Source of the DNA: Geotalea uraniireducens Rf4
Lineage (GTDB): Bacteria; Desulfobacterota; Desulfuromonadia; Geobacterales; Geobacteraceae
Reading direction: 5' to 3'
NCBI RefSeq assembly: GCF_000016745.1
Contig: NC_009483.1
Location: 2,880,001-2,912,000 of the forward strand
DNA length: 32,000 bases
Shown here: positions 24,691-32,000 of the stretch, piece by piece
Position numbering within the stretch: position 1 is the first letter of the stretch
Layout of the letters: each line of letters begins with the position of its first letter
Position numbers and translations under genes: made by a program
Notes under the pieces: model-generated
Seen by the model: the letters and a program-made list of their open reading frames with translations, nothing else
What the model was told of the DNA's origin: nothing
Database searches by the model: none

Positions 24691-25911
24691 TCACGATGCC
24701 AGGCTGTCTGCCCGCCTCGGTTGGGCCTCTGCCACCCTAACATTGAATTGGTTTCTCCACATCAGGAACACGACCAAGGCCATGAGGCCCGAATAAGTTG
24801 CCATCGCATAGAAACCGGCTTCCGGGAAACCTACTGCATCAATAGTTCTTCCCGTCACATAGGGCCCCAGCGAATTTCCCACATTTAAGAAGGTGTTGAG
24901 CACGCCATAACCAAGGCCAATATGTCTTGCTCCCACGACGTTCAGAACGAGGGTAAACACAGAAACCGGCACGAGTCCAACCGCTATGCTTAATAGAGCT
25001 ATCAATGGTGCCGGGGCATCTGTTCGGGTGAGCAACAAGAACGAAGCTGCCATCATGATTCCGGCAGTAACAATATAGAAATAGCGGTAATTGAAGCGGT
25101 CGATTAGATAGCCGATAAAAGGTGAAAGGACTAACGCGCCAAGCATGATCGAACTTACCAAAAAATGGGAAGCGCCAAGCCCCTTTCCGATTCCGGCAAT
25201 GAGATCCATGCCAAAGGTCAAGAACGAGAGGCAGGCCGCATTGAAAAGGAGCCAGATACTCGCAAGCAGGACAATGCCTACGCCTATTTCCCTCCGAGGG
25301 GAGGTGGCTGCGTCGGGGCTCCCGGATGCTTCAACCGCTTGTGGTGCCGAGGATAGTGGCCTAAAAAGCAGATAGGCGACGATGGCCACACCGTTGCAGG
25401 CAAAAAGGGTGTTCCTCCATCCCAGACTCTCCCCGAGAAGCCCGAGGGTATTCATCGACAGGAGCACCCCTACTGGCACAGAGGTATTGAATATTCCCAT
25501 GACAAAACCGATCTTCCCTTTATCAAATAACCTGGTCAGAATCTGGGGACCCAATATGGCAAGCATCATTGCACCGACGCCGGCTACAAGTCTTCCAGCT
25601 ATCAGCCACCAGTAATTCTGAGCGAAGGCTGCCGTCGTATTGCCGATGACAACCATCGCCAGGGAAAAGGTGCCTATCACACGGATGTTATGCCTATCCG
25701 CCCAAATTCCTCCCGGAATGGCGATTAGCACTCCCGGCAGGGAGAAAACTCCCATAAGAGTGCCAACCTGGCTATAGTCGAGAGGTATTTCCTTCTTTAG
25801 CAGATGTACCAACGGAGGGATGGATTGCAGTGAAATCACATACGTCAATGTGAATACATAAGCTACAGCCAAAGCAAACCATTGGCCCCGTGTGAAATGT
25901 CTTGTTGCCAT
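24691..25911 (-). CDS. MFS transporter
   Basis: 406-aa ORF with about 12 hydrophobic segments. MFS signature-like GGIWADRHNIRVIG between TM2 and TM3. Confidence 0.9.
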   Translation of the reverse strand: MATRHFTRGQWFALAVAYVFTLTYVISLQSIPPLVHLLKKEIPLDYSQVGTLMGVFSLPGVLIAIPGGIWADRHNIRVIGTFSLAMVVIGNTTAAFAQNYWWLIAGRLVAGVGAMMLAILGPQILTRLFDKGKIGFVMGIFNTSVPVGVLLSMNTLGLLGESLGWRNTLFACNGVAIVAYLLFRPLSSAPQAVEASGSPDAATSPRREIGVGIVLLASIWLLFNAACLSFLTFGMDLIAGIGKGLGASHFLVSSIMLGALVLSPFIGYLIDRFNYRYFYIVTAGIMMAASFLLLTRTDAPAPLIALLSIAVGLVPVSVFTLVLNVVGARHIGLGYGVLNTFLNVGNSLGPYVTGRTIDAVGFPEAGFYAMATYSGLMALVVFLMWRNQFNVRVAEAQPRRADSLAS

Positions 25912-25930
25912 AGATTTCTCAGTTCCGGTT

Positions 25931-26224
25931 TTAATTCATGGCTGCTATCTTTTCGGCCTCGATCAAGCGCCGCTCATCCATCAGAGGGAAAATGTCTCTG
26001 CTCGTATACTTGTAGAAGGGGGATTTGATGATCGTTTCCCCTAACTCATCATTGGATTCGACATCTAGAATGTATGCGCCCCCGGCTATGCCTGCAAAAT
26101 GATAATTCCCCTTCAGTTTCCCTTTCTCTTTTAACGCCGCAAAGTAATCAGCGCAGCGGCCTGAAGCTTCCAAAGCCTCTTTTGGGATTTGACCTATGGC
26201 CTTTTCTATTATAAGGAACAGCAT
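25931..26224 (-). CDS. Muconolactone-isomerase-like (ferredoxin-fold) small protein
   Basis: MLFLIIEK...HFAGIAGGAYILDVESNDELGETIIKSPFYKY...IFPL parallels the MLF...AG...Y.I.DV.S.EEL...P pattern of muconolactone delta-isomerase family proteins (from memory). The ATG at 26224 follows GGGAGGGG. An alternative GTG at 26245 overlaps the upstream stop. Confidence 0.6.
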   Translation of the reverse strand: MLFLIIEKAIGQIPKEALEASGRCADYFAALKEKGKLKGNYHFAGIAGGAYILDVESNDELGETIIKSPFYKYTSRDIFPLMDERRLIEAEKIAAMN

Positions 26225-26241
26225 TTCCCCTCCCGGTGCTT

Positions 26242-26592
26242 TCACTTTGTGATCATTTTGGACTTATTACATATGTCGTTTTTCTCGAAATCAAAGCCGA
26301 AATAAGCCCCCAGACCTGACGAAATACCGTTCAGTCCTCCCATGATAAAGGAGAGTCGGACCGTCTCCCGTATCTCTTCTTCCGTAGCGCCGACTCTCCG
26401 CGCCATATCGGATATCTTGGCACATCCTATCTTGGAACCGTATGCAGCATCCATCAACATGATCATGAGGAGTTTGATCTTGCTGGAGAGTGCCCCGTCT
26501 TTGTAGGCGAACTCTCTCATCTCGATGATCTTTTCATAAAATACCGGATCGCTTTCTTTAATAGCAGCCATAAAACTCGGAATCTCGACCAT
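26242..26592 (-). CDS. Carboxymuconolactone decarboxylase (CMD/AhpD-like) family protein
   Basis: 116-aa ORF with the CMD-like helical pattern (ALSSKIKLLMIMLMDAAYG...EEEIRETV). I saw no CxxC peroxidase motif. Confidence 0.8.
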   Translation of the reverse strand: MVEIPSFMAAIKESDPVFYEKIIEMREFAYKDGALSSKIKLLMIMLMDAAYGSKIGCAKISDMARRVGATEEEIRETVRLSFIMGGLNGISSGLGAYFGFDFEKNDICNKSKMITK

Positions 26593-26631
26593 GTTTCCTT
26601 CCCTTTCTGTGGATTAGCTACCGGCGCTCAA

Positions 26632-27780
26632 TCAGACGGCAGCCTCTTTTCCGCCGTAAAGGTCAATCGCGTTGACATCGCAGACCTCGTAACAGCAGCA
26701 ACATTCGATGCACTTGTCTCCTTCTACCACGACCTGCTTCCTGTTGCCGCCATTGGCCTTGAGCTGCATGGCTTTGACCGGGCAACTTTTCAGGCAGCGC
26801 AAGCAGAGCTTGCATTTTTCTTCAAGAACTTTCGGGTAAACCCTGGTCGGAGCGTAGACCATCCTGGTAAATCGCTCCAGGTTGCGGATCTGCACTTTCT
26901 TGGGGAACAGGTAGTCCTCGATGATCAGCTCATCTTTGGACACGCCGACGAGGTCTATCTGGTCTATGTCCACTGTTCCCCAACAGTTGTCCCCTGCCGC
27001 TTTCAGCACTGGGATGTCGTCCCATCTGACTCCGATCATGTAGGCGAGCACTGAATCCAGTGCCACAGGGTCATCCGTTGCGAACACGCAGCCGAAATTC
27101 CTGACCAAGCCGGCAGCGCCCGGGCCATCGCCTTCCAATCCGCAGATAGCGTCCATGATGGTCAGCTTTGGCTTGATCAAATGGGCCAGACTGGCGACTA
27201 TCTTTCCGAAATCCTCCGGCTTTGGTGCTCGGCAATGGATTTCTCCTTTCCACTTGCCAGGAATCATCCCATAAAGATTTTTCACCGCACCGGACATTGT
27301 CATATAGGTGTGGGTCTTGAATTTAGGGACGTTGATGACCGCATCGCATTCATATGCCAGGGAGGTGATCAGGTGTTCATCCAGTTTTTCAAGGTAGGGG
27401 GTCTTTATCTTCGTTATCTTGCATCTCTCGAAGACCACCTTTTCCGCACCTTCTTCTTCGACAATGCGCTCCATGGACGTTTCTTTCCAGACGTTGTCAA
27501 TGTCCCATTTCCCGATGAGACCAGCCGGACTGTCTCCGACCAGCGGATGACTCCCATGTTCTTTAACCAGCCTGATCACTGCCCTGACGACTTCCGGGTG
27601 GGTGCAGACATGTGCATCCGGCGGATGCGCGGCCATCATGTTCGGCTTGATTAGAACCCTCCCTCCTTTGGGACCGAGGAGGCGAGTCGGGTCACCGAGA
27701 CCAGCAAACGCTTTTTTTACCGCGCCATAAACCTTTTCGAACTGGTACTCTTCACATCTTTGCAACGAAACAATAGGCAA
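26632..27780 (-). CDS. DUF362-domain protein with a C-terminal 2x[4Fe-4S] ferredoxin domain
   Basis: DUF362-like N-terminus (VLIKPNMM...THPEVV). C-terminal CKLCLRCLKSCP and CIECCCCYEVC motifs. TTG start at 27780 behind GAGAGGTG. Confidence 0.85.
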   Translation of the reverse strand: MPIVSLQRCEEYQFEKVYGAVKKAFAGLGDPTRLLGPKGGRVLIKPNMMAAHPPDAHVCTHPEVVRAVIRLVKEHGSHPLVGDSPAGLIGKWDIDNVWKETSMERIVEEEGAEKVVFERCKITKIKTPYLEKLDEHLITSLAYECDAVINVPKFKTHTYMTMSGAVKNLYGMIPGKWKGEIHCRAPKPEDFGKIVASLAHLIKPKLTIMDAICGLEGDGPGAAGLVRNFGCVFATDDPVALDSVLAYMIGVRWDDIPVLKAAGDNCWGTVDIDQIDLVGVSKDELIIEDYLFPKKVQIRNLERFTRMVYAPTRVYPKVLEEKCKLCLRCLKSCPVKAMQLKANGGNRKQVVVEGDKCIECCCCYEVCDVNAIDLYGGKEAAV

Positions 27781-27800
27781 CTGACACCTCTCTGGCCACT

Positions 27801-29210
27801 CTAGTCTCGGGGAGCAAACGGCACGTATTTATTCAGGAATTCTTCGGCTTGTTCCACAAGCGATTTCGCTACTATGAAAGGATTACCTTTGGCCCATTCA
27901 GGCCTGGTTGCGTCCAGTGCCATCTTGGTGACCGTTTTTTTTCCATCCAGCTCTTGTGCCATCGGATCGATATTTATGGCTGGAGCATGAGGAATGAGAT
28001 GAATGTCCTTTGCCGGGTCAAACCGCGTGGATAAGACCCACTGACGCTGCTCCGGGATCGAGACATCCACATCGGCGTCGGTAACAAGTACCTGTTTTAT
28101 CGGTAACACCGCCATCGAGAAACGAATCACCCGGCGCAGGTCGTTCTCGTTTCGTTTCCGTATGGAAATTGCGGCCTGGTGACCTCCGCTCCCCGGCACG
28201 ATATGTATCTGCGCCACATCGACACCGCTTTTCAGCAACGTTTTGGTCAATGTCGCCTCTATCATGAGGTCCTGGATCACCGTGGTCTCCACCGGAGGAA
28301 TTCCTGCGTAAGTACCAGAGAAAACCGGCTCATCGCGGTGTGTGACGGCCTGAATTTCCATGACCGGGGCAATGCCCTGTTCACTTAGGTAGCCGTTTAC
28401 CTCACCGAATGGCCCTTCGTCCTCATAAGACTCCGGGTGAACCACCCCTTCAAAAACCACCTCAGCACCTGCCGGAAAGTCCAGCTCCCGGCATATTTCC
28501 CCGTAGGCTACCTCCAGGGGTTGGCCTTTTATCCCACCGGCCAGTGCCATTTCGTCATCGTCCACTCCCGGTGTGTCGATGGCCGCCAGCAGATAAAAGG
28601 GATCCCCTCCAAAGGTCACCACAACCGGTGCCGGCTCCCCCTTTTCCCAATAGTTCCAGATGGCCCGCCCCAAGCCCCTCTCTTTATTGGTAAAGATGGT
28701 GAGATGATTCCTGTCCTTCACCTGTAACCGGTTGACCGACACGTTGGCGGCCCCATTTCCCGGATTGCGCACCCGGACCACCCCCATGGTGAAGTAGGGG
28801 CCACCGTCGCAAGGATTCCATACGGTTTGCGGAAAGCGGCGGATATCTACCGCTTCGTGGAATTGTTTCTTCTCCTTGCAAGGGGCCTTTTCTGCCACCT
28901 TGGGGGGGCACCATCTATTTCTATCAGTACGTTTGATGTATTCCTGAACCAGTTGACTTTCTTCAGTTCCCAACAGGAGAGCCAGTCGCCGCCGCGTAGC
29001 GAAAGCATTGACGAGCAGGGATGCCTCTGAATGCAGCAGATTCAGAAAGTGGAGAGCCGGAAGGTTCCTTTTGAAGCCAGAGCGGGTGATAGGTCCTATC
29101 GCGTGCACTTCATCAACTGGAACGTCTATTTCCACAAGATCTTCTTCTCGCTTGAGCAAGCAGATCCAGTCCCGCAGATCGTTAAGCTCCACACCATGAG
29201 GCTTACGCAT
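27801..29210 (-). CDS. UbiD-family (prFMN-dependent) decarboxylase/carboxylase
   Basis: DGGPYFTMG, NVSVNRLQV, TFGGDP and EGPFGEVNGY motifs. 469 aa from the ATG at 29210. The track's 68-codon N-terminal extension overlaps the upstream flavoprotein gene and is rejected. Confidence 0.9.
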   Translation of the reverse strand: MRKPHGVELNDLRDWICLLKREEDLVEIDVPVDEVHAIGPITRSGFKRNLPALHFLNLLHSEASLLVNAFATRRRLALLLGTEESQLVQEYIKRTDRNRWCPPKVAEKAPCKEKKQFHEAVDIRRFPQTVWNPCDGGPYFTMGVVRVRNPGNGAANVSVNRLQVKDRNHLTIFTNKERGLGRAIWNYWEKGEPAPVVVTFGGDPFYLLAAIDTPGVDDDEMALAGGIKGQPLEVAYGEICRELDFPAGAEVVFEGVVHPESYEDEGPFGEVNGYLSEQGIAPVMEIQAVTHRDEPVFSGTYAGIPPVETTVIQDLMIEATLTKTLLKSGVDVAQIHIVPGSGGHQAAISIRKRNENDLRRVIRFSMAVLPIKQVLVTDADVDVSIPEQRQWVLSTRFDPAKDIHLIPHAPAINIDPMAQELDGKKTVTKMALDATRPEWAKGNPFIVAKSLVEQAEEFLNKYVPFAPRD

Positions 29211-29218
29211 ATACGCCC

Positions 29219-29911
29219 TTACCCGTGTGAGACCGGATTCGCCTTCTGACACGCGTCGGCCAGCCTTACTCCCAGATCGAAAGCCTCTTTCAGGTAAACC
29301 TGATTCCGCTTTACCATGGTCTCCACGGCATTGGGAGGCAGATTCATCCTTTCCGCAAGCCCGCTTAATTCCGGCTCTTGCATTGCTACCTGGCCGTGGG
29401 ATTTCAAACCGCACCCGTTCAAGACGCCAACGACGTTTGGCCTTCCATTGTTGACCTTCTCGAAGAATTCGATCATGCAGTCATGCGCCGGCTTGGCTTC
29501 CTTCTCATCAGGGGAGGAGTTGGTGGTCACCAGGGCGAAATACTTGGCATCCTTGAACCGGCTATGGAATACCGGGCCTTGGGGAGTTATCTCTATCTTC
29601 ATGAAAGGGCGAAGACGATCGATGAGGCATTTAAGAGGCCCGGTCATGAGCCGGCCGTATATTGCGGTGCTGAAGATGATCGCGTCTGCACCCTGGAAGA
29701 GATCCTCTATCATTTTCCAATCGTCTTGGCCGCACTTGCCTGTCTTGTCGCAGGCCAGGCATCCAATGCAGGGCTTTACGTTCATTTTATGCGCGTAATA
29801 CTTCGAACCCTTCATGCCCCGGCTTTTGGCACCCTCTATCACACTCTCAGCCAGGATATCCGAGTTGCCTTTTTCCCGTGGACTTCCGCAAATGCAGAGA
29901 TATGAATTCAT
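29219..29911 (-). CDS. Iron-sulfur flavoprotein (NADPH-dependent FMN reductase / flavodoxin-like fold with a Cys cluster)
   Basis: The CGSPREKGNS P-loop-like FMN site and the compact Cys motif CIGCLACDKTGKC are typical of Isf-type Fe-S flavoproteins. ATGA overlap with the upstream gene. Confidence 0.8.
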   Translation of the reverse strand: MNSYLCICGSPREKGNSDILAESVIEGAKSRGMKGSKYYAHKMNVKPCIGCLACDKTGKCGQDDWKMIEDLFQGADAIIFSTAIYGRLMTGPLKCLIDRLRPFMKIEITPQGPVFHSRFKDAKYFALVTTNSSPDEKEAKPAHDCMIEFFEKVNNGRPNVVGVLNGCGLKSHGQVAMQEPELSGLAERMNLPPNAVETMVKRNQVYLKEAFDLGVRLADACQKANPVSHG

Positions 29912-30753
29912 TGTCGCTCCTTCTTATTGTATCTGTGTAAGAAACCGATGGATTTGATCGCCATTTCGACAGCCCTGTGGCTGTCCCGGCTCAATTCGAC
30001 GTTTATGAGCCCCTCAAAGCTTATTTGAGACAGAGCGTTCATCACCGGTTGAAAATCAATGTCTCCGTCGCCGAAGAACAGATGTTCGTGCACGTCTCCT
30101 TTTATGTCCTCTATATGGATGGTCTTGATCCTGTCTCTATAGGTGAGTATGGCTTCCTCGATACTTCGCGTTTCCGAGCATCGGACGTGGCCGATATCAA
30201 GGGCGAGATGCAGGCGATCTTTCAACAACGGCTCTTCGCACAGCCTGTCGTATTCCGTCAGGTCGTCGATGTACATACCCGGCTCCGGCTCCAAAGCGAT
30301 ATTCATCCCCTGCTTGTCCGCATATTCAGCCACATCTGCCAGCCCCTGTACCAGGATGGGCCACGCCAACTCCGCGTCCACCTGGGGGCTGAGCCTGCCG
30401 GAACAGATGGTGATCGCCTCCGCCTGAAGGGTCTTTCCGAGATCGATTGCTTTTTTGGTGAAGGTGATTCTTTCTTCACGCCCCTCGTTGCTGACGAAAC
30501 CCGGCTCATGCTTGCGCCAGCGGTCGAGGAAGTAGCGCGCCCCGGTTTCTACGACGACCTTCAGGCCGCGTTGCTCCAATATTCTCGATAGAGAGGCGAT
30601 CTCCTCATCGGTGGTCTTCAGGATGTTGCAGTGATTATGGTCGACCGTAATGGCAATGCCGTCGTAGCCCAGTTCGGCAAGTATCTCGATGGCGTCCTCG
30701 ATGCTGTGGTGTGCAAAGCCATTGGTGTTGTAACCGAACCTGAGTCTCTTCAA
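29908..30753 (-). CDS. Xylose-isomerase-like TIM-barrel protein (sugar phosphate isomerase/epimerase/dehydratase superfamily)
   Basis: 281-aa ORF with FGYNTNGF at the N-terminus. Metal-ligand-like E (ALEPEPG), D/H (LDIGH) and E (HIED...E) pattern of the AP_endonuc_2 fold. The TTG start overlaps the upstream stop (TTGA). Confidence 0.85.
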   Translation of the reverse strand: MKRLRFGYNTNGFAHHSIEDAIEILAELGYDGIAITVDHNHCNILKTTDEEIASLSRILEQRGLKVVVETGARYFLDRWRKHEPGFVSNEGREERITFTKKAIDLGKTLQAEAITICSGRLSPQVDAELAWPILVQGLADVAEYADKQGMNIALEPEPGMYIDDLTEYDRLCEEPLLKDRLHLALDIGHVRCSETRSIEEAILTYRDRIKTIHIEDIKGDVHEHLFFGDGDIDFQPVMNALSQISFEGLINVELSRDSHRAVEMAIKSIGFLHRYNKKERQ

Positions 30754-32000
30754 GCCAATACTCCTTCACTTTCCTGTAGCTTATTCAAAAACATTTTCCT
30801 GAGCTGGGGAATATCGATCTTGTTCAACTTTGCTTTCGGCAATGTTTCACAGTAGACGATATGTTTCGGGGTCTTGTAGTCCGGCAGGCGCGACTTGCAG
30901 AATTTTCTCACTTCGCTGGGAGGAAATTCGCCTCTTGTCACCAGAAACGCGGCTAACGCCCCACCGGAGACCTCATCGTTCACGCCTATGACTACCGATT
31001 CTTCAATACGAGGGTGGTCCGAGAGAATTGCGTTGATTTCTTCCGGAGCCACCTTCTTCCCCGCGACGTTAACGATATTGCCGTAACGTCCATAAATAAA
31101 CAGTCTGTTGTCCTGGTCGAGCGAGCCAATGTCACCGGTGAAGAACCAGGTCGGATGCCTGTGCAACCCCATCACATTGCCATCCGGATCCAGATAGCCA
31201 AGGCTTATGGCAGGGGTCTTTACCAGGATGCGCCCCTCCTCTATCTTGACCTCCACGTTGTCCAGTACCGTCCCCACGCACTGAGGGGGGAGCTCTTCTC
31301 CCTCTCTTTCCACAGCCAGAAGGGAGGTTTCGCTGGTGGCGTACATCTCGCGCACCCATATGCCGTATTTCGCCAGCAGGAGCTCTTTTTCGCTTCGGGT
31401 CAGCCGGGATGAACCGGAATACCATCTGGTTCCCTGGTCGATGACCACATTCCTCACCACCGGCATTCTGCTAACGACCTGGTACATAAAAGCCGGTGCC
31501 TTGACCAACGAAGGTTTATGTTTGGTGACCAGCCCCAGAAAGGTCTTCGGCAGGAACTTTTTGATAAGCAGATTCTTGGCTCCTGTATCCAGGGCTGCCA
31601 TTACCGGCATAATGCCTGCCGAGTGATATATCGGCGCAGCGGTGAAGACACAGTCGCTCCCTGTGGTCCCGTATGCGGCATTGGAAAGTCTCGCCGCCTG
31701 CAAGATACTCTCTATGGAGTGGACAATCCCTTTCGGTTTCCCGGTCGTACCGGAAGTCAAAAGGAAAAGTGCAGGCGAACCGTAGTCTATTTCGATGTCA
31801 TAGTCTTGCGTCGGCGTCTTGCAGTCGGCTTTTTCCAGCGAGTCTTCCACTGCTATGTACGTAATGTCGAAGGTCTGCGACAGGTTTCCCTTTTCTCTTT
31901 GCAGCGTGGCGGGATCCAGGGGGAGTACCCCCATACCTAAACGTACAGCTCCGAAGAGTGTGGCTAGAAACTCGAAGGGATCCGCAATAGCAACTCCAAT
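30750..32000 (-). CDS. AMP-forming acyl/aryl-CoA ligase (adenylate-forming enzyme). The N-terminus is outside the window.
   Basis: LLTSGTTGKPKGIVHS (A3 motif), YATSE, FTGDIG and the C-terminal K motif. The frame stays open upstream of the track's Met (…IGVAIADPFEFLATLFGAVRLGMGVLPLDP) to base 32000, so the gene is 5'-truncated by the window. Confidence 0.88.
   Translation of the reverse strand: MGVAIADPFEFLATLFGAVRLGMGVLPLDPATLQREKGNLSQTFDITYIAVEDSLEKADCKTPTQDYDIEIDYGSPALFLLTSGTTGKPKGIVHSIESILQAARLSNAAYGTTGSDCVFTAAPIYHSAGIMPVMAALDTGAKNLLIKKFLPKTFLGLVTKHKPSLVKAPAFMYQVVSRMPVVRNVVIDQGTRWYSGSSRLTRSEKELLLAKYGIWVREMYATSETSLLAVEREGEELPPQCVGTVLDNVEVKIEEGRILVKTPAISLGYLDPDGNVMGLHRHPTWFFTGDIGSLDQDNRLFIYGRYGNIVNVAGKKVAPEEINAILSDHPRIEESVVIGVNDEVSGGALAAFLVTRGEFPPSEVRKFCKSRLPDYKTPKHIVYCETLPKAKLNKIDIPQLRKMFLNKLQESEGVLA

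Noticed and set aside
29211-29414. 68-codon N-terminal extension of the UbiD ORF in the track
   Set aside because: It overlaps the 3' end of the upstream flavoprotein gene in another frame and reads as Arg/Gly-rich junk. The UbiD homology starts at MRKPHGVELNDLRDW (ATG at 29210). Similar spurious extensions were trimmed at 2679-2762, 13637-13684, 22372-22428, 24501-24641, 9974-10000, 4665-4679 and 8178-8183.

Overview
This window looks like a chromosomal segment from a Geobacteraceae/Desulfuromonadales-type deltaproteobacterium. That is inferred from gene content and protein sequences; no search was run.

Coordinates 1-19100 are mostly housekeeping:
- a split, archaeal-type glutamate synthase operon on the minus strand (1-4301) with a candidate sigma-54 promoter
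- yhbY
- a GEMM-I cyclic-dinucleotide riboswitch with its terminator, in front of a secreted protein that has a charged tail
- a small ferredoxin, dgt, rsmD-coaD, a class-I aminotransferase and a DUF1858 protein
- lepA-lepB, rluB, dnaE-accA and wrbA

At 19136-20192 sits an intact IS1595-family insertion sequence with imperfect terminal inverted repeats and 8-bp target-site duplications. After it come a TatD-radical SAM fusion gene and a small oxidative-stress group: a GYD protein, an untracked 56-aa Cys-rich ORF, desulfoferrodoxin and ccsA.

The most unusual part is a tightly coupled eight-gene minus-strand operon (24691 to the window end). In transcription order it encodes an AMP-forming ligase, a TIM-barrel isomerase/dehydratase-like protein, an Fe-S flavoprotein, a UbiD-family decarboxylase, a DUF362-ferredoxin, a CMD/AhpD-like protein, a muconolactone-isomerase-like protein and an MFS transporter. 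I cannot assign it to a named pathway.

A second recurring signal is a family of heptad-periodic (GTTCGAG/GTTCTAC-like) tandem and inverted repeat elements. They fill intergenic gaps directly 3' of stop codons at 880-951, 2699-2768 and 6149-6246.

I saw no rRNA, tRNA or CRISPR array. Many long ORFs in the track are antisense shadows of the real genes, and several track ORFs have spurious N-terminal extensions.
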